Positions 36,278 through 45,354 of a stretch of DNA of 64,000 bases are shown piece after piece (positions within the stretch are counted from its first letter, which is position 1; each line of letters starts with the position of its first letter). The position numbers and the translations under genes were made by a program. The notes under the pieces were generated by a model. The model did not search any database, had not been told where the DNA came from, and saw only the letters and a list, made by a program, of their open reading frames with translations. Origin of the DNA: Candidatus Woesebacteria bacterium (GTDB taxonomy: Bacteria > Patescibacteriota > Microgenomatia > UBA8517); assembly GCA_016432365.1 (NCBI GenBank), contig CP066686.1, positions 691,992-755,991 on the forward strand, given 5' to 3'.

Positions 36278-37285
36278 GTGAAGAAGAAGTTCCCTTATCT
36301 AGTCTTGCGTGGGTCCCGCCGCGCTATTGGACAGGCTATTGGTGAAAACTTCCGAAGCAAGATTCAGGAAAGTGTCTTTTTGCGTCAACAAACAATTCCC
36401 CAATATAAAGAATTAAAAAGAGAGTCCCAGAATCATTTTTTGGAAACTTTACGATTTTTCCCCAAATTTATTGAAGAGCTCACAGCCACGGCGATCGCAG
36501 CAAATGTTAGTGTGATGGATTTGTTTTTTGCCAATACAAGATCGCTTTATGACGCGGGTGTAGCCTCGGAAAAAGGAGAGCTAGTGATTCACGACAGATG
36601 TACCACTGTAGTAAGTTTTGGCGCAGACGGTGCAATTGTCGGTCACAACGAGGACTGGGATGTTAAAAATACAGATGATTTATATATTTTAAAGGCCACC
36701 ATAGGGGAAACCAAATTTATAGGGATAAACTATGTAAACGAGCTTCCAGGAACTGCAGCCTCCATGAACAGTTGGGGACTTGTACAGGGAATAAATGAGG
36801 TTCATCAAAAAGAAACTGTGGGAATCCCCAAAAATTTCCTTGCCAGAGCGGTTCTGGAATGCCCTACTTTGATTGAGGCTGAATCAATGATTAGAAGGGT
36901 AAAGCAGGACACAGGGTTCAATCATCTTTTGGTTCAAAAAGACAAAGTAAAAAACATTGAAATTGCTGAAAGAAAAGTTAAAACGACTAATTTAACGAAC
37001 GAGCCTTATGTGCACACCAATCATTTTTTGACAGATTTGAAAAAATACGAAACTTACAGGACAAAAAGTTCGGAGCATAGGTATGACAAAGCTAAAAAGC
37101 TGCTCCAAAATAATATGAGTGAAAATGAAGTTGTAAATATTTTAAGCGACCATTCAGACGCAGAGTATCCAATTTGCAGGCACGATTCAACTATGGCTTC
37201 TTTAATATTTAAACCCAAAATTGGGGAGATGCTTGTTTGTTACGGCCCACCCTGCAAGGGAGAGTATGAAAAATACAAACTGTAA
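36278..37285 (+). CDS. C45-family Ntn-hydrolase (acyl-CoA:6-APA acyltransferase-like peptidase)
   Basis: DR|CTT, GHNEDW, MNSWGL...N, HTNHF; SD AAGGAGG before GTG. Confidence 0.9.
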   Translation: MKKKFPYLVLRGSRRAIGQAIGENFRSKIQESVFLRQQTIPQYKELKRESQNHFLETLRFFPKFIEELTATAIAANVSVMDLFFANTRSLYDAGVASEKGELVIHDRCTTVVSFGADGAIVGHNEDWDVKNTDDLYILKATIGETKFIGINYVNELPGTAASMNSWGLVQGINEVHQKETVGIPKNFLARAVLECPTLIEAESMIRRVKQDTGFNHLLVQKDKVKNIEIAERKVKTTNLTNEPYVHTNHFLTDLKKYETYRTKSSEHRYDKAKKLLQNNMSENEVVNILSDHSDAEYPICRHDSTMASLIFKPKIGEMLVCYGPPCKGEYEKYKL

Positions 37286-37397
37286 ATATAGTCAGCTTCG
37301 AAAAGTCATCTAAGAAGGAGAAAACTTACGATGCTTTGTGGTTTTGTTGTGAGGTGAATAACCACTGGTATGCATCGACCCAACCTTGTACGTAATG

Positions 37398-37796
37398 TTA
37401 TCGAGTGAGAATGTAGTTTAAAAACCGATTGAACGGATTCATGTCTAAGCGAATGGTGCCGGGAAACTGACCGTGTTTCTTAAGCCAGTCTTTCATGGAA
37501 ATCATGTCGGGGTCCACTACATAAGGACGTTGCCAGTAAACGCGACCGCCCTTTTCGATATCTTTGGTGTTAGCAACTAGCTGCAAAATTGCATTGTGCT
37601 CACCATAGCTATCAGAACTGGCATACTTGCGGGCGATCCGCACCACTTGCATGATCTTGCTGGGATCAGCCTCGGTAACGAGCTGGCCCTGGTTTAGGTC
37701 CAGGAAGAACGTATTCTTCGGAAGACCTTCATCAGAGTGGGCTTCAAGGACAAGTCCTTTACTTTGAACTTCGTAACGAAAACGTTTTGTGTCCAT
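37398..37796 (-). CDS. Hypothetical protein (SD-led ORFan)
   Basis: SD AGAAAGGAG and boxA-like TGCTCTTTATAA in the leader. Confidence 0.7.
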   Translation of the reverse strand: MDTKRFRYEVQSKGLVLEAHSDEGLPKNTFFLDLNQGQLVTEADPSKIMQVVRIARKYASSDSYGEHNAILQLVANTKDIEKGGRVYWQRPYVVDPDMISMKDWLKKHGQFPGTIRLDMNPFNRFLNYILTR

Positions 37797-37952
37797 ACTA
37801 TCTCCTTTCTGGTTATAAAGAGCAAATTGATTACGAACTGCACAATAGTAGCATAAAACCGCGTCATAGTCTAACTATGGGACTAGCCCCTTTTTTTGAA
37901 GTGATAATATTTCAGAATAGGACTAGCTAACTCTACATTTAGATACAAAAAC

Positions 37953-37973
37953 TGGTCGGAGTGCCCGGATTTG
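37953..37973 (-). repeat. Duplicated tRNA-Pro 3' end ending in CCA
   Basis: CAAATCCGGGCACTCCGACCA; 19 bp identical to 38033-38051. Confidence 0.9.
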
Positions 37974-38033
37974 TGCGCAAAACCATTTCCTTAATTTGCG
38001 CTATCAAACACGGGAACCCGACGAGTATTCGAG

Positions 38034-38106
38034 TCGGAGTGCCCGGATTTGAACCGGGGACCTCTTCGTCCCAAACGAAGCGCGCTACCAACTGCGCTAC
38101 ACTCCG
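38034..38106 (-). tRNA. trnP: tRNA-Pro(TGG)
   Basis: CGGAGTG/CACTCCG, CTTCG-TTTGGGA-CGAAG, CCCGG-TTCAAAT-CCGGG. Confidence 0.95.
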
Positions 38107-38244
38107 TCGTCGGAATAAGCTTCACTAAACGGTTTACCGCTATTGCTCAAACCTAATCGTTCCGCTATTCCTCCTCTCAAAAATTGAAGATCAATTTTTG
38201 TGGGGAATAACTCCGACAACAGGAACATTTTAACACAAAATATG

Positions 38245-38316
38245 TGCGCCCGAGAGGAATCGAACCTCTATCACATGTTCCGAAGACACGTACTTTATCC
38301 GTTAAGCTACGGGCGC
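38245..38316 (-). tRNA. trnR: tRNA-Arg(TCG)
   Basis: GCGCCCG/CGGGCGC, CGTGT-CTTCGGA-ACATG, AGAGG-TTCGATT-CCTCT. Confidence 0.93.
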
Positions 38317-38336
38317 CCTTCGACTTCGCTCAGGGT
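38316..38336. repeat. REP-like palindrome CCCTTCGACTTCGCTCAGGGT abutting the tRNA-Arg 5' end
   Basis: CCCT/AGGG stem with GAGCGAAGTCGAA internal motif on the minus strand. Confidence 0.65.
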
Positions 38337-38359
38337 AAACTGCTACAATTGTACCTCAG

Positions 38360-39436
38360 ATGTTAACAATTGACCAACAAATAGAAGAAATTGAGGCGGT
38401 TTTACGCAAAACCCCCCATCACAAAGCCACAAACGGGTTTATTGGAGCAATGCGTGCGAAAATTGCCCGCCTCCGCGATCGCGAAATTGAATCAAGCACT
38501 AAAAGCGGTGGGGGCGGTGGTGGATTCACTGTAAAGAAACAGGGTGACGCTACAATTGTACTAATCGGTCCTCCTTCTGCCGGTAAATCAACATTAATAA
38601 ATAAGCTTACAAATGCTGAGTCTAAGGTTGCTCCGTATGCTTTCACAACGGTCACAGTTGTTCCGGGAATGCTTAAATATAACGAGGCGTACATTCAAAT
38701 ATTGGACATACCCGGACTCATTGAAGGGGCTAAGGAGGGAAAGGGCAGAGGAAAAGAGGTTTTGTCTGTCGCCAAGGGGGCCGATCTTCTTGTTGTCATG
38801 ACAGATGTAAAGAGAGTTGGAGCTTTTGCTCAAATGTATAAAGAACTGACCGGAAGCGGAATTAGAATAAATGTGAACCCGCCAAAGGTTCTGATAGATA
38901 AAAAAACAAGTGGAGGGTTGGAAGTGTTTTCCAATTTCAAGCAAACTATGGATAAAGAGACTATCAAAGAAATCGCCCGTGAATTCGGCATTAAAAATGG
39001 TAATATCACGCTGAACGAGAAAATAACTCAGGACAGGCTTTTTGATGCTTTTTCCGTAAACCGTGTTTATGTTCCGGCAATTTTTGTTGTAAACAAAGTG
39101 GACGAAGATCCTGATTATAAAGAAAAAATCGACGGACAGTTTGTGGCCATTAGCGCAGATAAAAATCTTGGAATAGATACACTAAAAAATGAAATTTGGA
39201 AAGCACTTAAATTTGTTACTGTCTATTTGGTAAAACCCTTTGTTGAACCTGACTTTAGCGACCCGATTGTTATGAATGAAGGCGACACATTAAAAGATGT
39301 TGCAGAAAAAATAGGTCCGGATTTTGCCGCTAGCAAAAAGATAGTCAAAATTTGGGGAAAGTCTGCAAAATTTCCGGAACAGGAAGTATCTTTTGACACA
39401 CCTGTAGGTGAAGGAATGCAAATTAGGTTTTCTTAA
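38360..39436 (+). CDS. DRG/Rbg1-type OBG-family GTPase with TGS domain
   Basis: IEEIE..L.KTPHHKAT...G..RAKIARLR, GFTVKKQGDA, GPPSAGKST, YAFTT, DIPGLIEGA..GKGRG, NKVD, WGKSAKFP.Q. Confidence 0.93.
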   Translation: MLTIDQQIEEIEAVLRKTPHHKATNGFIGAMRAKIARLRDREIESSTKSGGGGGGFTVKKQGDATIVLIGPPSAGKSTLINKLTNAESKVAPYAFTTVTVVPGMLKYNEAYIQILDIPGLIEGAKEGKGRGKEVLSVAKGADLLVVMTDVKRVGAFAQMYKELTGSGIRINVNPPKVLIDKKTSGGLEVFSNFKQTMDKETIKEIAREFGIKNGNITLNEKITQDRLFDAFSVNRVYVPAIFVVNKVDEDPDYKEKIDGQFVAISADKNLGIDTLKNEIWKALKFVTVYLVKPFVEPDFSDPIVMNEGDTLKDVAEKIGPDFAASKKIVKIWGKSAKFPEQEVSFDTPVGEGMQIRFS

Positions 39437-39488
39437 TCTCCTCTTAATCTTCTCTGTGTTATTGTTCTTGTATCTTAAGTTTAATTAT

Positions 39489-39854
39489 ATGAACAGCAAA
39501 CTTTCTAAAATAATAATTACAGGAATAATGGGGTTTTTGTCACTTGGCACCAGCGCAGTCGCAGCGTACAAATTATATTCCAATGTTAAGGCTGAAGGCC
39601 CTAACGTGTCCCAAGAGGCAACGCCAAGCCCTGTGGTTATAACACAGGAAGTTATAGAAGAAGTTATCGACCCTGGACCATCTGTAATGCCTACAGGAAC
39701 TCCCCGTACAATCATAAACAATTTTCATGATTCAGACGATGACCGTGTTAGTCTTGAGGATGACAGAGATTCCGGCGATGACGACAAAGAGGTAGAAACT
39801 CCGGAGCCATCCGAGACGCCAAAGCAAAAGCAAACCCCAGCCCCGGCCTTGTAA
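39489..39854 (+). CDS. Exported low-complexity protein (start re-assigned to ATG 39489)
   Basis: N-terminal TM, Asp-rich and Pro/Thr-rich tail; first gene of the operon. Confidence 0.6.
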   Translation: MNSKLSKIIITGIMGFLSLGTSAVAAYKLYSNVKAEGPNVSQEATPSPVVITQEVIEEVIDPGPSVMPTGTPRTIINNFHDSDDDRVSLEDDRDSGDDDKEVETPEPSETPKQKQTPAPAL

Positions 39855-39855
39855 A

Positions 39856-40179
39856 ATGAAAAAAATATCCCCAAAAATCATAGTAGCAATTTCTATCGTG
39901 GCAATTTTTCTTTTTATTTGGAAACTTCAAACCAATAGTTCTTTGCCTGTTTATGATAGCGTCTCGCTTTCCTATTTTGGCGGATCTGATGCAACAAAAC
40001 CTGTTTTACTCGCTTATCAGGGATACGTTTACGATGTCTCACCCGGTAGATATAAATTTTATAACCCGGGGCAACCGTATCACGATTTGGCGGGAAAGGA
40101 TTCAACATCTCAACTGGAACTCGTTGGCGGAAGTATTATCAAAAGCAAATATAAAATAGTGGGTATTTACAAAAAATAA
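39856..40179 (+). CDS. Membrane-anchored cytochrome b5-like (MAPR-type) heme/steroid-binding protein
   Basis: LLAYQGYVYDVS.G..FY.PG.PYH.LAGKDST. Confidence 0.85.
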   Translation: MKKISPKIIVAISIVAIFLFIWKLQTNSSLPVYDSVSLSYFGGSDATKPVLLAYQGYVYDVSPGRYKFYNPGQPYHDLAGKDSTSQLELVGGSIIKSKYKIVGIYKK

Positions 40180-41438
40180 TGGGTATTTCCTTGATTATAT
40201 TAAGTTCGGTGATAACGGGATTATTGTATTTATTTTCTAAAATAAACCAACCGACTTTCCCGGAATTCTGGATTATTTTGGCCCAAGTTTCGGGGCTTTT
40301 CGGCACACTTTTTTTATCATGGAATTATATAGTTTCAGTAAGACACATGATTTTGGAAAAGATCTTTGGTGGATTGGACAGGGTTTACAAAACGCATGAG
40401 TTCTTTGGAATATCTTCATTTATACTCCTCCTTAACCATCCGCTCTTTTTAATAATAAATTTTCTTCCTTTTAATTCGACCTCGTTATATTTACTGCCGG
40501 GAAGAAACCTGGCTTATACATTTGGGGTACTTTCGCTATATAGTTTATTTCTTTTGGTAAGTTTTACTATTTTTGTAAAATTACCCTACCGTTTTTGGAA
40601 ATTAACACACGAATGGACCGGAATTGTGATTTTACTTGCTTTATTCCACGCTTATCTGATTCCTTCAGATATCAGTAGATATTTGCCATTAAGAATTTGG
40701 ATTTTAAGCTGGAACAGTTTAGCTATCTTAGCGTTCATTTATAAAAGATTTTTATATTATTTTCTGGCTCCGAAAAAGACTTATGTTGTAGAAAATGTAG
40801 TTCAAGATTCAAATTATCTTGTTCTTACATTAATCGGAGATAGGCAAAACTTTTTGAGGTTTAACCCCGGACAATTTGCCTTTTTTACAATCAACGGAAA
40901 AGGGGCAGATAGAGAAGAACACCCATTTTCCATACTTGAGCAAAAAGATAATTATATAAAAATCGGAGTTAAAGTTATCGGAAACTTTACTTTAAAATTA
41001 ACAGACCTCAAAGACGGAGACACAATTACAGTTCGTGGCCCATTTGGGAATTTCGGGGAGAAAGTTCAAGAAGCCAAAGAAATGGTTTGGATATCCGGTG
41101 GAATCGGAATCACACCTTTTCTGTCGATGGCGCCAAGTATTATGCCTGATCAAAAAGTTACAATGATTCACACTTCGGCAAATCCCGAGTCCAGACTCCT
41201 GACCGACAAATTGACAGAACATGCGGTGGTAAATCCATCATTCAGATTTATAAATCATCTGACAAGTTTGTACGGACGTTTAAATGCTGATAATGTTTGC
41301 AGAAGATTTAATCTTACAAGAAACTCATATGTATTTTTATGCGGCCCAAAAAAGATGATGGAAACTTTTGCTGAACAATTTAGTTCATATGGGATATCAA
41401 GAAAAAGAATTATTTACGAAGATTTTCAATTAAGATGA
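40179..41438 (+). CDS. Ferric reductase-like transmembrane domain + FNR (FAD/NAD-binding) oxidoreductase
   Basis: GGLDRVYKTH...H, WKLTH...H heme ligands; PGQFAF, HPFS, GPFG, GGIGITPF, CGP. Confidence 0.92.
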   Translation: MGISLIILSSVITGLLYLFSKINQPTFPEFWIILAQVSGLFGTLFLSWNYIVSVRHMILEKIFGGLDRVYKTHEFFGISSFILLLNHPLFLIINFLPFNSTSLYLLPGRNLAYTFGVLSLYSLFLLVSFTIFVKLPYRFWKLTHEWTGIVILLALFHAYLIPSDISRYLPLRIWILSWNSLAILAFIYKRFLYYFLAPKKTYVVENVVQDSNYLVLTLIGDRQNFLRFNPGQFAFFTINGKGADREEHPFSILEQKDNYIKIGVKVIGNFTLKLTDLKDGDTITVRGPFGNFGEKVQEAKEMVWISGGIGITPFLSMAPSIMPDQKVTMIHTSANPESRLLTDKLTEHAVVNPSFRFINHLTSLYGRLNADNVCRRFNLTRNSYVFLCGPKKMMETFAEQFSSYGISRKRIIYEDFQLR

Positions 41439-41899
41439 AAATAATGCATTTTGCCGCAGGCATTGCGGTACTAAACACCATCCTCCTTACCGGAATAATC
41501 AATGCGAATGATTTAAATCTTGCACGGCTTAAAACCATTAATATGCCGACTTCCTTGTCAATCGCCACTCCGGGTCCAACACCAACCCCGATTGTAATAA
41601 TTAAAAAAATAATCGTTCATAAAATGGCCAGTAGTAACTCGGTGAAAAATAGCCCTATTCCGGGGCAATCTGCACCTCAACCATCAACCGCAACTCCGTC
41701 ACAGCCGGCCCCCACAAATGCGCCGGTTGCATCTTCTCAATGTGTAATTACAATTGATGGTGGAAGATATGACGTAACACAATTCCGGAACATTCATTCC
41801 GGCGGAAATGTTTTTAACTGCGGAGCCGACATGAGTCAAGCTTTTTGGTCGCGTCACAATGCAGCTATACTTAGCCAAATGCAGCAATATCGAATATAA
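41435..41899 (+). CDS. Exported protein with C-terminal cytochrome b5-like domain
   Basis: CVITIDGGRYDVTQFRNIHSGG...CGADMSQAF..RH (two His ligands). Confidence 0.82.
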   Translation: MKIMHFAAGIAVLNTILLTGIINANDLNLARLKTINMPTSLSIATPGPTPTPIVIIKKIIVHKMASSNSVKNSPIPGQSAPQPSTATPSQPAPTNAPVASSQCVITIDGGRYDVTQFRNIHSGGNVFNCGADMSQAFWSRHNAAILSQMQQYRI

Positions 41900-41920
41900 T
41901 GCTCTTGGTAATTCAAAATT

Positions 41921-42592
41921 ATGAGACTCCTATTGCTGGAAGATGATACGATAATTGCCGCAAATATTAAATCATTGTTAAAAGGACAGGGCTACGCGGT
42001 AGATTTGGCCGAAACTATAGAAGAGGCTGATCTGAAAATTAGCGATAATGAATATGACTGCCTGATTCTCGATAGAAAATTACCGGATGGGGAAGGCCTT
42101 GATTTAGTCAAAAAACTTCGGGTCCAGAATTATAAAACTCCAATTTTGATTTTGACTGCCAGAAATCAAAATTATGATCAAATTGAAGGCTTAAACGTTG
42201 GTGCCGATGATTATTTGGCTAAACCATTTGATATCGATGTTCTTTCTGCTCGTATTAGAACATTGATTAGAAGAGGAGAAAGGATTCCTTCAAAACCAAT
42301 TATTAAAATTGACGATCTTGTCATTGATACGAATTCACAAAAAGTTTTAAGGCAAAATATTGAAATAAATTTATCACCCCGTGAATATTCTATATTAGAA
42401 TATCTTGCGTTACATAAGGGTCAAGTAATAGATAGAATGACTCTTCTTACCCATGTTTGGGACGAGAATGTAGATTTATTTTCCAATACAGTCGATGTAC
42501 ACATTCGTTACCTTAGAAACAAAATTGACGTCAAACACAGGAAAAAGCTTATCAAGACGGTTAGAGGAGGGGGATACATACTATGCGATTAG
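41921..42592 (+). CDS. OmpR-family response regulator
   Basis: LLLEDD, LDRKLPD, GADDYLAKPF, wHTH ending NTVDVHIRYLRNK...TVRGGGY. Confidence 0.95.
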   Translation: MRLLLLEDDTIIAANIKSLLKGQGYAVDLAETIEEADLKISDNEYDCLILDRKLPDGEGLDLVKKLRVQNYKTPILILTARNQNYDQIEGLNVGADDYLAKPFDIDVLSARIRTLIRRGERIPSKPIIKIDDLVIDTNSQKVLRQNIEINLSPREYSILEYLALHKGQVIDRMTLLTHVWDENVDLFSNTVDVHIRYLRNKIDVKHRKKLIKTVRGGGYILCD

Positions 42593-43908
42593 GCAGCCTG
42601 TCGGCACGGCTTGCTATTTTAGTTGGAATTATTTCTACTTTGGTTGCAACCGTCGCAGTAATTTCTATATTATTACTTGTTTTTTTGTTAACCGAAAGAA
42701 GTGTTAAAAAAAGTCTTGAGGTTGATGCAACTCAGATTATCCAAAAATTTTTACTAGTAGAAGGACGCACAATTTCTCTTAAAAACTCGTCCTCCGGGGA
42801 GGAACTAGCCAATTTCATAAGAGGAAAGGATTTGAGTTTGGATATAACTTATGAAAATTCAGCTACCATCGCAAAATATGGAATTTACAGGAACTTAGGC
42901 AGGGATTCTCTCACAAACCTAGAATCTATAAAATCGAAAAATGGTATATATTTTGATAGGGTTCTTGAAGAATACGGTCAATATGATATTTATATTACTC
43001 CATTAAAAACCTCAGAAAATATCGTCGGATATTTACAACTTGCCCGTCAGAATTATGTATTGCCGGTTCTTAAAAATGCCTTTAATACTGTGGCGCTAAC
43101 TCTTCTTCCTATCATTTGGATTGTATCGGGGATTGTTGCCCTTTTTGGTACAAGAAAAGCCTTGGCACCGTTTAATAAATTAGTCGAATTTATGGAAAAT
43201 ATGGATACAGAAAATTTATCCAAAAAAATTTCAACGACAGAATCAATGGACCGCGAAATTAAAGTTTTGACCGAGTCTTTTAACTCAATGACTGCTCGAA
43301 TCGCCTTGTCATTCAATCGCCAGAAACGCCTGGCCGCCAATATTTCCCATGAATTCAAAACTCCGCTAGCCCGTGCCGTCAGCAGTCTCGAGGTGGTAAT
43401 GACGACGTTGACATCCAAAAACAAAATATCTATTGGGAAAATTAAAAATGATTTATTACAACTTGGAGCTAAGGTGGACGATTTGCTGGAAACTTCCCTT
43501 CTTATGCGAACAAGCAAAGAAAAACCAAAAATTACAAACGTTGCCAGATTGGTTGGGAGTTTGGTTGACGATATCCCTAAAAATATCAAATTAACTCTGA
43601 ATATCCCAGCAAATTTCAAAATTCCACTTTCCGATTCCTATACTCAAATTTTATTAAGAAACCTGATAGATAATGCCGTTAAATATAATATTCAACACGG
43701 TTATGTTTTAATTTCTGCTAAGTACGAATTAAATAATTGGTTTATAAATATTGAGAATTCAACTTCAGGGGAAAAACACAATAGAGGATATGGTCTAGGG
43801 ATAGCCATTGTAAGTGATATCTGTTTGCACAAAAAATTGACGATTAAATACAAAACTGTAAAATCGGGGATCGTTGTCGCTACTCTATCAGGAAAACGTA
43901 GAGTATAG
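42583..43908 (+). CDS. HAMP-domain sensor histidine kinase
   Basis: Two TM helices, SHEFKTPL, NLIDNAVKY, GYGLGIAIV; the G1/F-box region looks shortened. Confidence 0.9.
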   Translation: MRLGSLSARLAILVGIISTLVATVAVISILLLVFLLTERSVKKSLEVDATQIIQKFLLVEGRTISLKNSSSGEELANFIRGKDLSLDITYENSATIAKYGIYRNLGRDSLTNLESIKSKNGIYFDRVLEEYGQYDIYITPLKTSENIVGYLQLARQNYVLPVLKNAFNTVALTLLPIIWIVSGIVALFGTRKALAPFNKLVEFMENMDTENLSKKISTTESMDREIKVLTESFNSMTARIALSFNRQKRLAANISHEFKTPLARAVSSLEVVMTTLTSKNKISIGKIKNDLLQLGAKVDDLLETSLLMRTSKEKPKITNVARLVGSLVDDIPKNIKLTLNIPANFKIPLSDSYTQILLRNLIDNAVKYNIQHGYVLISAKYELNNWFINIENSTSGEKHNRGYGLGIAIVSDICLHKKLTIKYKTVKSGIVVATLSGKRRV

Positions 43909-43917
43909 GTCAAATAT

Positions 43918-43956
43918 AAAGGATCGCTTACCTCTTGCATAAGCAAGCGATCCTTT
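43918..43956. terminator. Hairpin between convergent genes (probable bidirectional terminator)
   Basis: AAAGGATCGCTT / AAGCGATCCTTT. Confidence 0.75.
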
Positions 43957-43960
43957 TGTG

Positions 43961-44368
43961 CTATTCCATTAGGAAAGCGGTAGTTTCATCCATAAAATTG
44001 ATGAGTTCGGTTCTCCTAATTTTGCACTCGAAAGTGCGGACAGCGGTATTGCTGTTTCTGATAGTAAGTACAAACCAGCCAAACTGCGCCTCGGTTACAA
44101 AGAGTGAAAAGTCCACCTCTCCTTGGCCCTTAACGCCGTCTAACTTAGCTTCGGTGACAGAATAAATGTCTCCCTTGCCGTAAACCAGACGGTTCAGCTG
44201 ATCTCTGAATGCAGCAAAATTCGATCTGTTAAGGGTGATCCAAAACTCTGCCTTCCATGTTTTAGGAGCAATGTTCTTCATGAAATACAGACGCATCCCG
44301 TCCAACTTTGCATCAATATCCAGTCTTACTCGATTTCCGTGATCGATAGTCGTTCCAACTTTTAACAT
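43961..44368 (-). CDS. Hypothetical protein (SD-led ORFan)
   Basis: SD AGAAAGGA; boxA-like TGCACCTTGTAAAA in the leader. Confidence 0.7.
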   Translation of the reverse strand: MLKVGTTIDHGNRVRLDIDAKLDGMRLYFMKNIAPKTWKAEFWITLNRSNFAAFRDQLNRLVYGKGDIYSVTEAKLDGVKGQGEVDFSLFVTEAQFGWFVLTIRNSNTAVRTFECKIRRTELINFMDETTAFLME

Positions 44369-44526
44369 ATTATTCCTTTCTGTCCGAGGCGTTTTTGCCT
44401 GGGACCAAAGCGGATCCGGTTGATTTTCCTTTTACAAGGTGCAAGAAAGGGGATTGTATAAGATAAAGGGAAGATCGTCAAGTTATAGGGTGTCTATTTG
44501 GGTTCGAAGTATTGTATAATTAAGCG

Positions 44527-45354
44527 ATGAATTATGAATTAATAGATAGCGGAGACGGCAGGCGCCTCGAACGATTTGGTGATTATATGCTGGACAGACC
44601 CGACCCGGAAGTATTATGGAAAAAAATGCTGGATGAAAAAGAGTGGGATGCGGCGAATGCTAAATTTGATAACGGCTGGGTAAACCGTGACGTTCCCGAA
44701 AAATGGCAAATGGAAGATAGTGGAGTTAAATTTTGGGCAAAACTGGCCCCCTTTAAACATACCGGAGTTTTTCCAGAACAGAGGGAACAATGGGATTGGA
44801 TTAGCGAAGAGCTAAGATCTAAGAAGGAAGAAGTGGAAAACCTGAACGTCCTAAATCTCTTCGCTTACACGGGGATTGCTTCGCTTTTTGCTGCGAAGGC
44901 AGGGGCGAAAGTAACACATGTAGATGCCAGCCGCCCCGCGATAACTTGGGCTAACGAAAACCGAGATTTGAACGGAATGCAAGACGCTCCAATCCGTTGG
45001 ATTATCGATGATTGTCTAAAATTTGTTGAAAGAGAGGCTAAAAGGGGAGTTAAATACGATGCAATTCTTATGGACCCCCCGGTTTATGGACATGCGCCAA
45101 ACGGCGATGTTTGGGATTTTAATAAAGATTTTTCTAAACTACTTGAAGCATGTAAAAAAGTCTTAAGTGAAAAACCGCTTTTTGTTTTAGTAAACGCTTA
45201 TGCAATTTCTACTTCTTCAACTACTTTGGCAAATACGTTGCAGGGGTATTTTGGTGATCTTGGTGGCAAAATTGAAAATGGGGAATTAACACTTAAAGAA
45301 ACTTCAGGAGGCCGTCTTCTTTCCACCGGCATTTGGGCCAAATGGAGTAAATAA
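44527..45354 (+). CDS. Class I SAM-dependent methyltransferase (RlmI/YwbD-like)
   Basis: YELIDSGDGRRLERFG, KHTGVFPEQ, LNLFAYTG, HVDAS, MDPPVYG. Confidence 0.9.
   Translation: MNYELIDSGDGRRLERFGDYMLDRPDPEVLWKKMLDEKEWDAANAKFDNGWVNRDVPEKWQMEDSGVKFWAKLAPFKHTGVFPEQREQWDWISEELRSKKEEVENLNVLNLFAYTGIASLFAAKAGAKVTHVDASRPAITWANENRDLNGMQDAPIRWIIDDCLKFVEREAKRGVKYDAILMDPPVYGHAPNGDVWDFNKDFSKLLEACKKVLSEKPLFVLVNAYAISTSSTTLANTLQGYFGDLGGKIENGELTLKETSGGRLLSTGIWAKWSK

Noticed and set aside
37313-44446. General leader-trailer pairing for the SD-led genes 37398..37796 and 43961..44368
   Set aside because: Short complementary patches exist (7-9 nt) but they are not nested and could be chance; only the DUF1508 case is strong
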